DNA of 64,000 nucleotides, from NCBI GenBank assembly GCA_000004985.1, contig GG738926.1. One strand, given 5' to 3'. This document shows, piece by piece, positions 11,701 through 22,844 of the stretch (positions within the stretch are counted from its first letter, which is position 1; each line of letters starts with the position of its first letter). The notes beneath the pieces were generated by a model, which saw only the letters and a program-made list of their open reading frames with translations, had not been told where the DNA came from and did not search any database. Made by a program: the position numbers and the translations under genes. Origin of the DNA: Naegleria gruberi (lineage: Eukaryota).

Positions 11701-11874
11701 AATTGTCCAAGGCTTGAGGTTTAATTAAGGAATCGACAAGTTATTCCATCGGTTCTTATATTCCCGACCAAAGTGACTTGTTAAAAATCAGTGGAATCAA
11801 TAAACAATTGAACCAGATTGGAATCTAGGATTGGAGGATGTGGACAGATAAAAGTTTATTCAAAATTTTTTGAT

Positions 11875-13482
11875 TTATTGTGTTGATTTCTTCTTCTTTC
11901 TATTAAAACATGAACAGAATGGCCAATAGATAAATTCATAGACATCCAAAACTGATTTCATATTCAATAGATAGAGAGTAAGCAATAATAGGATCCATAT
12001 CAAAATGAGTTCTGATATGAATTCCAATGCCAAACTACCATCACCCATTGAAAAACTAGTTGACTCTGTGTTGAATTGAATATTCTCAACGGAAATCAAT
12101 ATGAGAAAGATGCACAAGACAATGAATGAAATTGTAATGAGCATTATAAATCTGGTAAATTTGAGAGATTTGAATGAATCAATCTTCTCCTGTGCATTCT
12201 TTGTTCTCGTCAAATCAAGGAATAATTTCATTCCAAATCCAAATATGGCCAAGCTCAAAACAATGAGGATTGTAATGAAGATGAGAAGAATGATACCAGT
12301 TCCCAACACTTCATTCAAACTAGAGGTGATAATATATGAAATTGCCACCGATAAGAAAAATCCCAATCCAACAAATAATAAAACTCTGAGTGGAATTAAG
12401 AGTTTTGGATCTGTGAGTTGTTTTCTCTTTTCACTGAATGCTAAATTGACCCACAGCAAGGTTACTACAAAGACACAAACAGTGATGAGGTAGTACACGA
12501 TGGCAATGATTAGTCTGGTTCTTTTAAAATCCTGAACTCCTAAAATTACTGCTCTAGCTATGGCATAGCCAATTATGGTGAGTGAAATCATAACTTTCAA
12601 AATTAAGGTAAAATGTTTTACAGAAAACCATGTAAATTCTGGATAAATATCAGAATCCTTTTCAATACCCATTGATCCCTCTTCACTGCCAGTCCACAAC
12701 GATCTAACATAGGTATTGAACTTGACAATTAAGTTTCTAATAACTTTGAATATTCTCAATTGAATAATAGAAGGAATAAGTGAAACTGTAATTGACACAA
12801 ATGCAACAATAAATGCCAAAATAACTACAATATAATGATAGGCATAAAAAGCTCGTTTCGAATGAATCAAATTACAATTAGTGGCCCACAAATTCTCCTC
12901 CTCGCAATAACACATAATAGTTGTGGTGTTTCCTCTATACGAATCTACAAAAGGACTACTTTTCGAATTGCCACACAATTGTGTTTGATCATAATCTGGA
13001 TTTTGAGCCATTATAATATCAATAGTTCTGTCCACTCCTCTACACTCTGAAACATTCCACATTTTCATTCGAAACTCATTACTCACCACATTACACAACA
13101 TGCAATATCTCTGAAAAACATAAGAAGGAAGGTCAAGACAAATTTCCTGACACGTTGTTTCGTTCCAATCGGGATGACCATTCCTTGCAGACTCACAAAA
13201 ATCATAAACTAAACTATCCATCACAACTTGTTGGTTATTTGGAAAGGGAACAATGTAGGAATCGGCTACAAGAATCTTGTTGAAACAAGGATAGGGAGTT
13301 GTGTTATTTTCACATGGCTCTTGGAAAATAAAGGGACTGTAATAGAGTGAATTATTATTGGCAGTTGAGTTGAGTGAAGTGTTGTAATAGAGTTGTTGTT
13401 CTTGTCCTAAACAATTATTAGAAACTGATGTGAATAAACAAAAAAGAAGGACAAGAAGAAGAATACCAAGGTTGTGAGACAT
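11875..13482 (-). CDS. 7TM receptor with N-terminal signal peptide and Cys-rich ectodomain (Frizzled/Smoothened-like, tentative), paralog A
   Basis: Signal peptide MSHNLGILLLVLLFCLFTSVS, about 190-aa ectodomain with at least 12 Cys (PCENNTTPYPCFNKI...), seven hydrophobic helices, short C tail. Strong paralogy to the next gene, including the identical NYCMLCNVVSNEFRMKMWNV block. Confidence 0.75.
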   Translation of the reverse strand: MSHNLGILLLVLLFCLFTSVSNNCLGQEQQLYYNTSLNSTANNNSLYYSPFIFQEPCENNTTPYPCFNKILVADSYIVPFPNNQQVVMDSLVYDFCESARNGHPDWNETTCQEICLDLPSYVFQRYCMLCNVVSNEFRMKMWNVSECRGVDRTIDIIMAQNPDYDQTQLCGNSKSSPFVDSYRGNTTTIMCYCEEENLWATNCNLIHSKRAFYAYHYIVVILAFIVAFVSITVSLIPSIIQLRIFKVIRNLIVKFNTYVRSLWTGSEEGSMGIEKDSDIYPEFTWFSVKHFTLILKVMISLTIIGYAIARAVILGVQDFKRTRLIIAIVYYLITVCVFVVTLLWVNLAFSEKRKQLTDPKLLIPLRVLLFVGLGFFLSVAISYIITSSLNEVLGTGIILLIFITILIVLSLAIFGFGMKLFLDLTRTKNAQEKIDSFKSLKFTRFIMLITISFIVLCIFLILISVENIQFNTESTSFSMGDGSLALEFISELILIWILLLLTLYLLNMKSVLDVYEFIYWPFCSCFNRKKKKSTQ

Positions 13483-14168
13483 TTTGTTTTTTCAGAGAAT
13501 TGACCACGTTCCATTGGTGGTCTATCCGTCTCAATTTGGTAATTGATTTGTGAACAGGAAACTCTGCAAAAACTGAGCAATTTGATAGGTGGAACAATCC
13601 ATACCCAACAGAAGAGAGAAGAATTTCTGTTTCATTGAAGCTGTTAATTGCTTGAGATTCATTGTTTATTCAATCTGCCTCCTAAATAGAGCATTGATTT
13701 AACTATATTTGTGAACATGAGAGTTGCTCTTTGTTTTGCAGTATCTGACACTTGAGATATGAACGGATCATTTATTAAGGAAGAAAAACTAATACAGAAA
13801 TTAAGAGTGAAAAAAAATGAATCAACAACCCTCAACTCCACAAAGCCAAACAAAACAGCAAATGTTCTTGTCCACCCTTAATCCAACGGAATATTTAGAT
13901 CAAATGTTGGTGACTGCTCACTTGAAGAATGCTATTACACAGAGTAGGTTTCCTAATATTTTCCGAGGTATTTAAAATTATAAAATAGTATTGGAAATGA
14001 GACCCGATGATCCACTAGAATTTATGGCGGAATAGTAAGTGGTTTTTTGTGAGAGTAATTAGTATTTACATATTCTATATCTGACCATAGTTTTAGTGAA
14101 GCTGCAAAGGAAAAGAAGAAAGTTTAATTGATGCAATCCAAATAGTACCTGTTTGAAGAGTATTAATG

Positions 14169-15734
14169 TTAGTTACTCGCTACTTGTTGAGGTGTTTTCT
14201 TCTTTTTGAATAGACCTACAATAGGCCAATAGAGAAACTCATAGGTATCCATAGCAGAGTTATGATTATACAAGTAGAAAGTTATCAAAGTAAGCATCCA
14301 AATCATAACGAGTTCAATAACAAATTCTATTGCCAATCCCAAATCGCCTCGAATAAAATTCACACCAAAGTTTTCTAATGAAAATATTATCAATAGTACA
14401 CACAAAATGATAAATGACGTGGTAATGAGAACTATGAATCGTGTAAATTTCATTGAAACAAAGGAGTCAATGTTATCCTTTTTGACTCTTGTAACTTTGT
14501 AATAGAGAGTAAAACCTGCAATAATAATAGCCAATCCTAACACTATTAAAATAGACATGAAAACTAGCAAAATTGTTCCTGATCCAATATTCAATGCCAG
14601 TATTCTTGTAATGACATAAGCAGCTAAGACTAGAAACATGAAAATTAATCCCACAATATAAATCACTCTGAGAGGAATCAACAATTGATCTTCTGTTTTT
14701 TTCTTTAACTCTTTAACCATCAAATTAATCCATAAAATGCAAATTGTAAATGTACTAATTGTAATCAGGAAAAAGACTATTGCTAAAATTATTTTGTAAT
14801 TGCTGAAATCTTCCACTATGAATAAAGCTATTCTAGATGCAAAGTATCCAAAGGCAGTACATGGAATAAGTAGATTTAACATGAATATGAAATGCTTGAG
14901 AGAAAATGCTTGCTTGGGCAGGAAAATTTCAGAATCACTTAAAACCAATCTCTCGTCTCCCTTAAAGGCAACCCTAACTAAATTATTGAGTTTTTGATTT
15001 AAAACTCTCACCTTTTTGAATAGTCTCGACTGAATTAGGGTTGGCAAGAGAAGCACAGAAAAAGAGAACACAGAAATGAGGAATGATAGAATAATAATAA
15101 TGTAGTGATAGGAGAAATAAGCAAGCTTTGTGGAGAGGTAGCCACAATTGGATGCCCAATAATCCCCCTCCTCACAATAACAAATAGTAACTGTTTGTTG
15201 AATTAGATAGAGAAGTAAAAGAGAACTTTTCGAACTGCCACAAATTTGGGTTTGATCGTAATCTGATGATTTTGTCATGGCCATATCAATTCTTCGGTCA
15301 GGAGCTGGACACTCAGTAACATTCCACATCTTCATCCTAAATTCATTACTCACTACATTACACAACATGCAATAGTTTTGGAATGTTGGATTTGATGATT
15401 TAGTACAAAGCTCTGTGTAGCATTTTGTTGCATTCCAATTATTTCGTGTGGCATAATAGTGGCAAATATCAAATCCTCTTGGTCCAAACGAAACAAGTTT
15501 TTCATTTGGGAACAAAATAAAGCTTGAAAAGATGGTTATCTTGTTAAAACAAGGATAGGGTGTAGTGTTGTTTTCACACGGTTCCAAGAAAGCATTGGGA
15601 CTGTAGTAGAGAGGTTTGTTGTTTGCGGTTGTGTTGAGTGAAGTGTAATAGTAATAATTTTGTGATGATTGTACATTTGACATTAAAAGCAGTAAGAAGG
15701 CAACCACAACAATCATAACAAAGCAATTGAACAT
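14169..15734 (-). CDS. 7TM receptor with Cys-rich ectodomain, paralog B (tandem duplicate of 11875..13482)
   Basis: ORF 14169..15761 begins with a TTG in the track; the real ATG (MFNCFVMIVVVAFLLLL signal peptide) is at 15734. Same architecture and conserved blocks (EPCENNTTPYPCFNKI, NYCMLCNVVSNEFRMKMWNV) as paralog A. Confidence 0.75.
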   Translation of the reverse strand: MFNCFVMIVVVAFLLLLMSNVQSSQNYYYYTSLNTTANNKPLYYSPNAFLEPCENNTTPYPCFNKITIFSSFILFPNEKLVSFGPRGFDICHYYATRNNWNATKCYTELCTKSSNPTFQNYCMLCNVVSNEFRMKMWNVTECPAPDRRIDMAMTKSSDYDQTQICGSSKSSLLLLYLIQQTVTICYCEEGDYWASNCGYLSTKLAYFSYHYIIIILSFLISVFSFSVLLLPTLIQSRLFKKVRVLNQKLNNLVRVAFKGDERLVLSDSEIFLPKQAFSLKHFIFMLNLLIPCTAFGYFASRIALFIVEDFSNYKIILAIVFFLITISTFTICILWINLMVKELKKKTEDQLLIPLRVIYIVGLIFMFLVLAAYVITRILALNIGSGTILLVFMSILIVLGLAIIIAGFTLYYKVTRVKKDNIDSFVSMKFTRFIVLITTSFIILCVLLIIFSLENFGVNFIRGDLGLAIEFVIELVMIWMLTLITFYLYNHNSAMDTYEFLYWPIVGLFKKKKTPQQVASN

Positions 15735-15977
15735 GTTTTTTGATTTGTGAAAGCGTAACAATCATACACTCATATTATGAGCCCTTCTGTTGAAACGTTT
15801 TGCAGATCTACAAACAATTGTTTTGCCTTACCATAAATAGAAGGAACACTCAGAGATGTAACAGAGATGTAATATTACCTCTCTGAGAGGCATTTCCTTG
15901 AGTTCTTTAACAAGATGGGCTCTGATGAATATTAACCAAGTTGTCTGTTTTATCAATTACTGACTATCAATTGATAA

Positions 15978-16790
15978 TTACTTTTGTTTAAAAGACTCCC
16001 TTATTGTCTTCTCCATCTCTTTTAATCCTAGAGTAACACAAGTTGAGTTTTGGGAGCGAACTTCATCTACACAATCAAAGAGTAAGCCTACTTTTTCATT
16101 CTCTAAAAGGTTTCTATTCACTTTCTCTGCGCAGTCAGCTACTTTTCTCTGGCAAGAAATCATCAATGCCTTATAGAAATATTCCTGTGAAGAGGCTAAA
16201 CAAAACTCATTTGACATTGATATCAGATCTTGGTCCTTGTTTGCTCTAGGTTTAGATTCTAAACAGTTTAACAATCTCTTCTTCACATCAGGAATAGAGA
16301 TACCCAACATGGTTTCCAACTCTTCCTGATTGTTCACATCTTGGTAAGATCCCTTATTGGCTGCTTTCCATTCCCTCATACGATTAGAAAATTGTGGCAT
16401 AAAATCTCTGAACCTACTGCCTCTCACATTTCTAACAAAATTCTCATTTGTCCGTGTAGTTCCATCCAATATTGAGGAATCACTTTCAAAGCAATTATCA
16501 ATTTTAGCTAAAGTACTATCAATTTCATCATTTTGTACATTGAAAGAATTTCCCTGAATCAAGTTTATGTTTGTTAAACAATTTTCCTTTTCTTTTTGTC
16601 TTTCCGCTTCCATCAAGAATAAACAAGACCAATTAAATTTCATCTTGAATTCATAAGGTAAATTCTTAATACCATCATGTTTTTCCATCATTAATTTACA
16701 CTTGTTGTGATCTCCGAGTGCTCGAAGAAAGTTTCTCGTCTGAGCAATCTCAGCCTTGTACTGTTTATCGTTTTCCTTTGGTATCGACAT
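15978..16790 (-). CDS. hypothetical protein (about 270 aa)
   Basis: ORF 15978..16835 has a GTG start in the track; the first real ATG (MSIPKENDKQ) is at 16790 after ttttaaaaaaATG. Confidence 0.5.
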   Translation of the reverse strand: MSIPKENDKQYKAEIAQTRNFLRALGDHNKCKLMMEKHDGIKNLPYEFKMKFNWSCLFLMEAERQKEKENCLTNINLIQGNSFNVQNDEIDSTLAKIDNCFESDSSILDGTTRTNENFVRNVRGSRFRDFMPQFSNRMREWKAANKGSYQDVNNQEELETMLGISIPDVKKRLLNCLESKPRANKDQDLISMSNEFCLASSQEYFYKALMISCQRKVADCAEKVNRNLLENEKVGLLFDCVDEVRSQNSTCVTLGLKEMEKTIRESFKQK

Positions 16791-16973
16791 TTTTTTAAAA
16801 TTGCTTGTTCCGAAATTATATTCCTCTTCATACACATACTAGACTATTAGAAAATACAAAGAAATAAATTATAGAGAGGAACTAATTTTCAAAGCCTATG
16901 CTAAACATCAAGCCATTCTTCATCTTCACAAGCAAATCATCATTATATTTTTTAAAAATAAAAATTTAAAAAA

Positions 16974-17318
16974 ATGTTGAACAGACTTGCCCGTGCCTCT
17001 CGTGGTATTCATCATCAAATTTCCACTCCTCTCATCATCAACCAAACTAGATTCTACAGTAACTCTCCATCCTATCCAAAGAATGTCATTGAACAAAAGG
17101 TCATCGAAATTCTTACTAAACACGATAATATAAAAACAACACCAACAGGTACTTCTCATTTAGTGAAAGATTTAGGTTTGGATTCTTTGGACTCTGCTGA
17201 AATTATTCATGAAGTTGAAAATGAATTTGTTCTTGAAATTAATGATGACGTTGCTTTCCAACTTCAATCTGTCCCACAAATTGTTGAATTCGTATACAAG
17301 GAAACTCATCATCATTAA
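16974..17318 (+). CDS. mitochondrial acyl carrier protein (NDUFAB1-type ACP)
   Basis: N-terminal presequence MLNRLARASRGIHH..., phosphopantetheine-attachment motif DLGLDSLDSAEIIHEVENEF, 114 aa. Confidence 0.9.
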   Translation: MLNRLARASRGIHHQISTPLIINQTRFYSNSPSYPKNVIEQKVIEILTKHDNIKTTPTGTSHLVKDLGLDSLDSAEIIHEVENEFVLEINDDVAFQLQSVPQIVEFVYKETHHH

Positions 17319-17420
17319 ATAATTTATTAAAAGGGTGATTTAAATAATGAATTTAAACTCGGATTCTATGTTGGGACTTGAATTAGTATTAATAATCGGA
17401 TTAACCTATTGGTTGACATT

Positions 17421-18905
17421 CTATTCATCTTGTCTTATGCTAGCAATAGTCTTTTCAAATTCATCTTGCTCTCTTTGCTTTTTCTTTCTCATTTCGGTCT
17501 TGTACTTTCTTGCTCTGGATATATATTGTTCTCTACTGATTCTATCTGCTTGATGAGGGTTTGCAAAGATTCTGGCTATTGTCATTCCTGTTTGCAGTGG
17601 GATGTCTTTCATTAATTCATTACTCAACAGATTAATCTGTTTTGCATCATAGGTTACTCTTTCCTCTTGGCTCATAATCTTTTCCTTTTGTATTTTCTCT
17701 TCATTTAAAAAGTATGTCACTAAACCATCTCTAAGCTCAGCATCCCTGGCAGAAGAGATTTCCTCGTTTTGTTGAGATTGTGGTAAACTCTCTGCAGTTC
17801 CTCTGACTGTGTGTTGATCCTCTGGCAGTGATTTAAGGTATTCGTATTGTTCATAGCTCTTATTAAGATAGGATAAATCAACATTTCTTCTCCTTATTTC
17901 TCCTTTCAATCTTGCCATTTTCAATTTTTCCAAGTCAGGAAGAACTGGTTCAACGTAGTTCTTCCTTTCCTCCAGTGCATCTTTAACATACTCACTCGGT
18001 CTTAGCATATGTACGATATGTTTGTTATGAGAGTTGAGTGATGGATCAATGAATCTAAAGTCATTTTCTCTTCTTTCGTACGAGATGGATAACGTCTCCA
18101 GATCAATATTATTGTCTATATCATCAAATCCAAGTAATCTGAGAGTTGTCAAATACTCTCTTTTAATATGTGTCTCTCCTTGAGTTTTTCTCTTTGGAGC
18201 TCTTAAATAAAGTGGTCTCGTGTAAGGGTCATCAAAGTTGTTAGGTTCTGGTGAATGTGAATAAAGGAAATTTGTCCTCTGATTCAGAAAATGCTGATAG
18301 TCCTTGTCATTTTCGTCATCATCAAATGTAATGTACACTCTCTCGTTAAATTGAACTGATTTCCTTTCCTTTCCCCTGCTTTCGTCCGAGAGTGGTTCCT
18401 TAAGTATTGTTTTGTTACCTCTTTTTTGTTGTCCAAACTTTAGAGGAGAAAGTCTGTTCCCCCTTGAAGTTGGAGAATCAACAGAGTATTTGGAAGGTGA
18501 ATTATTAAATAAGGGACTTCTGGGATATTTTGGTGTAGCAACTTTTTTGAATACAGTCTTCTTTAGACCAGGATTCTTCTCGATGGTTATTGTTATGTTT
18601 TTCCTTGCATAAGGATTTCTATATACATATGTATCCTCATCCTTAGGAACATCAATTTTCAATTCCTTTGGAATTTTTGGTGGAGGTTGATGCTGCTCGG
18701 TAGAGGAATTTGTTGGATCAATGTTGACATTAAGAAACATCGACTTCCTTGGAGTCAATGTATCCCTTTTGGGTTCATCAAACATCCAATTTCTCTTCGT
18801 TGCTGTGCTGGAGTGGGCCAATCTCGGTGCAGTCTTTAAATCTGAATCTGCTGTTGAAGCCCTGGCCTGGCTTGTTTTTAAATATGGTCTTCTCTTACTG
18901 GTCAT
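17421..18905 (-). CDS. hypothetical basic low-complexity protein (494 aa)
   Basis: Complete ORF with real ATG, K/R/P/S-rich. No recognisable domain. Confidence 0.5.
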   Translation of the reverse strand: MTSKRRPYLKTSQARASTADSDLKTAPRLAHSSTATKRNWMFDEPKRDTLTPRKSMFLNVNIDPTNSSTEQHQPPPKIPKELKIDVPKDEDTYVYRNPYARKNITITIEKNPGLKKTVFKKVATPKYPRSPLFNNSPSKYSVDSPTSRGNRLSPLKFGQQKRGNKTILKEPLSDESRGKERKSVQFNERVYITFDDDENDKDYQHFLNQRTNFLYSHSPEPNNFDDPYTRPLYLRAPKRKTQGETHIKREYLTTLRLLGFDDIDNNIDLETLSISYERRENDFRFIDPSLNSHNKHIVHMLRPSEYVKDALEERKNYVEPVLPDLEKLKMARLKGEIRRRNVDLSYLNKSYEQYEYLKSLPEDQHTVRGTAESLPQSQQNEEISSARDAELRDGLVTYFLNEEKIQKEKIMSQEERVTYDAKQINLLSNELMKDIPLQTGMTIARIFANPHQADRISREQYISRARKYKTEMRKKKQREQDEFEKTIASIRQDE

Positions 18906-19148
18906 ATGGATTGTATCATTTCAATTTAATGATGAACGATAAAACCCGAAACAAAACTGGGGGTTTTAGAGTGATGAAGTTTTCATGCAGCACTTGTTGT
19001 TGCTTCTCAGAGTTCCAGCAACGGTAATTTTTTTAAGGTTTTCTTCAGTACATTTTTGTGATTTTGATTTTGAGCGCCAAAATTTTGTACAAAAAAAACT
19101 GTGATATTGCCTTAACGATTTTGGAGGCAAATTTATTGTTGTAGTATC

Positions 19149-20168
19149 ATGAGAAATAGGAAAGAAAATATGTTGAAGAGCAATACAATAACAACAACTC
19201 TTAATAATTTTAATAATTCTAAGAATACAACAAGGGAAGAGGAAAACCTTCAATTCAATTTTCCAACTTTTCCGAAGGGATTTGATGAGTCACAGCTATC
19301 ACTCTATCATTCTCTTTTATTAAAACAATGTACAAAATGTGATCATAGAAACGAGCATGCTAACAATACAACTAGTAAACCAGAGATTCCAACAAGAAGC
19401 ACAATACAAAATGATTGTATTAAAACAATCCCTAGAGTTAACCCTTTATCGAGTGGAGTGAGTTTCCGATCACTACCAAAAGCAACCTGTGATGATATCA
19501 TCAAAGTGTGTAACTTTTACGTAGAGAAGTGTGAGGGAAAATACAGTGAAAAAACTAGAGCCTACAGAATGATGGTGGAAATGGCGAATGAAATTATTAA
19601 ATTAACAAACATTATACAAAGGGATTTCGAAGTGGAATATAGCAAACAACGAGAGCAGAATGTTCACTTGAATAAGGTTTGTGAGGAGTGGAATAATTAT
19701 TTTGGAAAAACAGTAGATGATAAATATTCAAAACTGAGCCCACGAGATATTCGATTAATAATTGATAAACTGGAAATGGATGTGAAGAAATATGAGGATA
19801 CATTGAATGAGGAGCGATTAAGACACTACGAACAAGAACGAAAATTACACTTGATGATCAATGAGCATCACGAGGCCAGCAGGAAGAGCATTAGAAACAT
19901 GATGAAACAAACATCAGCACCAACTTTTCAAAAGAGTCCAACACCTCTCTATCAACCAAATTTCGAACAGACCTCCCTCGTTGAAACTCTTCTAGAAGAA
20001 AACAGACAATTGAAAAAACAAGTTCAAGAACTGACAGGCAGTACCTCCAAATATCGAACAAGCCACCACAACATGACCTCATCCTCCACCCTTCAAGATT
20101 CAATCAGCAGTAATAGTAGCTCTTCCCAAAGTACCTCCTCCATCAAATACAACACCCTATTCCAATAA
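19149..20168 (+). CDS. hypothetical coiled-coil protein (339 aa)
   Basis: Complete ORF with real ATG and a predicted coiled-coil centre (EERLRHYEQERKLHLMINEHHEASRK...). Confidence 0.5.
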   Translation: MRNRKENMLKSNTITTTLNNFNNSKNTTREEENLQFNFPTFPKGFDESQLSLYHSLLLKQCTKCDHRNEHANNTTSKPEIPTRSTIQNDCIKTIPRVNPLSSGVSFRSLPKATCDDIIKVCNFYVEKCEGKYSEKTRAYRMMVEMANEIIKLTNIIQRDFEVEYSKQREQNVHLNKVCEEWNNYFGKTVDDKYSKLSPRDIRLIIDKLEMDVKKYEDTLNEERLRHYEQERKLHLMINEHHEASRKSIRNMMKQTSAPTFQKSPTPLYQPNFEQTSLVETLLEENRQLKKQVQELTGSTSKYRTSHHNMTSSSTLQDSISSNSSSSQSTSSIKYNTLFQ

Positions 20169-20392
20169 TAAAGCACTCAAAGAGATACTCGTTTCATAAT
20201 ACATCATACTACTGTCGTAAAAAACTCTCGATCTTGAAGAGAGAAGTAATCCATTACATAGGATATCTTGGTAAATAAACAGTAAGTTTGTTTGCTCAAT
20301 ATCATAAATCGGGTGATGAATCCTTTTAAAAAAATCAACGGTAACTTTTAAAAAATAGTGCACACCACATCTTGCATTATCACACAAACAAA

Positions 20393-22066
20393 ATGGCAGA
20401 CCTTGAGGATCTACATCACCATCAGAATGGTGTTATTGTTGGACCAACCATTGGTGATGTTATTTCTAATGGAGATGATGATGATAACCTGGATGAGATT
20501 GAATTAAATTATCAATCTTCTCTCACTCTGGATAACAAGGAGAGTGTACTTCATGAAGCTCATTCCGAACCATCTTCTAACGTTGATGAAAAGGAAGTTG
20601 AAGAACATCATCATTTGAATAATAATAATAATTATCAAGATGAAATTGTTCCACCTCCTTCCGAACAGAGAGCCATCTTTACAAGCAGCTCAACGAGTGA
20701 TATTCGTTCTAGGAGTGATTCAATTACGAGCCAATCCACTCATTCATCAAATTCAGAGACATCGTCATCCCTTTCTATAGGGGCTATTCATCAGACAAAT
20801 AATTTATCTTCATCATCATCGTCTTCAGTAGAACCAAAAAGATCAAGCCTAAGAACACCTGAGAATGGTGATATTACCATTGATATGATTCAACAAAATA
20901 TTAAATTACAAAAACAATTAATTGAACAATCTATGAAAGAAAAGGAAAGGAAAAGGAAAGAAAAAGCAAAAGAACAATTAATTCAATCAAATTTAGATTA
21001 TTGGCATAATACAATACTACCACATATTGAAAAATATGGTTGCATTGATAAAACCATGTATAAGAAGTGGTATAAGAATGGTATTCCAAGTCCTTTGAGA
21101 AGTAAAATGTGGGTGGCTTCTCTAGGAAATGAGTTACAAATTACTCCTGGTCTATATGAAATTCTGAAAGATAAGACAAATCAACCTTCAACTATGGAAA
21201 GACAATGTTCAAGTATTGATCTAATTTCTGTGGATTTATCAAGAACTTTCCCTGCTCTCCAATTTTTCCAATATCCTGATGGTCCATACTATCAACCATT
21301 TAAAACAATTTTGGAATGTTATTCAAAGTTTAGACCAGATATTGGCTACGTACAAGGAATGAGTTATATGGTAGCAACATTATTACTTTATATGGATGAA
21401 TATGATGCATTTGTTTGTTTTTGTAACTTGTTACATAGATCAAAATGTAATTCTAACCCTCTAGCTATGAGTTTAGTTGGAACACCAGCAGGATCTGCTT
21501 CATCTTCTGCCACTACATCTTCTGCTTCTGCTGCATCAGTGGTGTCTTCAATTTTGTTTGGACCAAAGAAGAGAACTGCAGAATTCACTTCCAATTATCA
21601 TACACTCTATACCAGCAATCATTTCATTCCATTTTTTACTATGAACACTGATTATATTGATAAGAATGTGAAATTTGTACGAATACTATTAAGAGAACAT
21701 CACGCACAACTTTACAAGCACTTGGTTGTGGATTTGGGAGTTGAATTTGCAGTAATTATAATAGACTGGTTCCTTACATTGTTTAGTAAATCTCTTCCAC
21801 TTGATGTGGTTGCAAGAATTTGGGATGGTTATCTAGTTCATGGTAGACTTTACATGTATTCTTGCACAATGGGAATATTGATCTATTACCAAAAGGAATT
21901 ACTTTCTGCTGACTATGAACGAGTTATGTATTTCTTAACTCATTTATCTACAGCCACCAATCAATTCGAAACATTGGATGTGGAAGAAATGTTTTCAATT
22001 ATAAATACAGATTGTAGATTAAGTGAGAGACGTATCAATAAGTATATTAGAATGATGGAAAAATAA
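20393..22066 (+). CDS. TBC-domain Rab GTPase-activating protein
   Basis: Arg finger IDLISVDLSRTFP and Gln finger YVQGMSY of TBC domains. The ORF-track start 20372 is TTG; the real ATG (MADLEDLHHHQ) is at 20393. Confidence 0.88.
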   Translation: MADLEDLHHHQNGVIVGPTIGDVISNGDDDDNLDEIELNYQSSLTLDNKESVLHEAHSEPSSNVDEKEVEEHHHLNNNNNYQDEIVPPPSEQRAIFTSSSTSDIRSRSDSITSQSTHSSNSETSSSLSIGAIHQTNNLSSSSSSSVEPKRSSLRTPENGDITIDMIQQNIKLQKQLIEQSMKEKERKRKEKAKEQLIQSNLDYWHNTILPHIEKYGCIDKTMYKKWYKNGIPSPLRSKMWVASLGNELQITPGLYEILKDKTNQPSTMERQCSSIDLISVDLSRTFPALQFFQYPDGPYYQPFKTILECYSKFRPDIGYVQGMSYMVATLLLYMDEYDAFVCFCNLLHRSKCNSNPLAMSLVGTPAGSASSSATTSSASAASVVSSILFGPKKRTAEFTSNYHTLYTSNHFIPFFTMNTDYIDKNVKFVRILLREHHAQLYKHLVVDLGVEFAVIIIDWFLTLFSKSLPLDVVARIWDGYLVHGRLYMYSCTMGILIYYQKELLSADYERVMYFLTHLSTATNQFETLDVEEMFSIINTDCRLSERRINKYIRMMEK

Positions 22067-22355
22067 ACAGCCCTACAATCTATTCGCACCCAAAGCAAGG
22101 ATTAGGAAACGATTCTTTTTGGCTTGCTTTTCTCGTCGCACATGTTTTTTGTTTCACACTAATTTTTTGTTTTAGCTCATTTCTTGCTTTAGTATCTTTA
22201 TGAGGTGTGTAGTTTGTAGTGTTCCACCATTTCTGGCACAATTTTGAAAATTTAATTATTTCTTTCACTCCGATCAACCAACAGTTGTGAGATTCACCTT
22301 TCAATCATATGATTTTTAATTGTGATAATTTATTTTTCCATGATGATGAAATAAT

Positions 22356-22844
22356 TTAAAACATGAAAGTAGCAACAATGGCAGCAAGAGCAAACAAGAC
22401 CCAATTGACCTTTCCACTCAATGGAGCACTATTCCAACAATTAGTTTCAGGATAGGATGAACAATCTTTGAAATTAGTAGAAGATGTTCCACAAGCATCC
22501 TTAACCTTTTGACAATATGAACGACAAACAGTAATTGAACCAGAAGAGCTGGCATATTTAGCATTATTTACATCACAAACAGCACATGAATACATTTTCA
22601 TATACATGACACATGACTCTGAAGCTTTGAGAAGTGTGAGAGCACTAACAACGATAGAAGCTGCTGTATCTTGAATTACACTACAACATGATTTAGTTAC
22701 ACCTGTACAAGTGGTGCATGAGGAACATGGACTTGGATCAAAGGCAACAATTGCATTCTTGCAGGTTTGAGCTGTGACAGATGTGGTAGAGACACAGAGA
22801 ATGAGAGAAATGAGGAGAATTACAAGAATTGATTTGTTTAACAT
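22356..22844 (-). CDS. small secreted Cys-rich protein with C-terminal hydrophobic GPI-signal-like tail (ponticulin-like, tentative)
   Basis: Signal peptide MLNKSILVILLISLILCVSTTSVTA, about 20 Cys in 162 aa, C-terminal WVLFALAAIVATFMF. Confidence 0.5.
   Translation of the reverse strand: MLNKSILVILLISLILCVSTTSVTAQTCKNAIVAFDPSPCSSCTTCTGVTKSCCSVIQDTAASIVVSALTLLKASESCVMYMKMYSCAVCDVNNAKYASSSGSITVCRSYCQKVKDACGTSSTNFKDCSSYPETNCWNSAPLSGKVNWVLFALAAIVATFMF

Noticed and set aside
15843-15885. Hairpin CTCAGAGA...TCTCTGAG (8-bp stem) in the spacer between the gene 15978..16835 3' end and the paralog B promoter
   Set aside because: Short stem and AT-rich loop. Eukaryotic Pol II genes do not use such terminators. 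Insufficient evidence for function.
22080-22304. 74-aa minus-strand ORF just downstream of the TBC gene
   Set aside because: Lies in the 3' UTR region, begins at a non-ATG alternative start and has no domain. Likely spurious.
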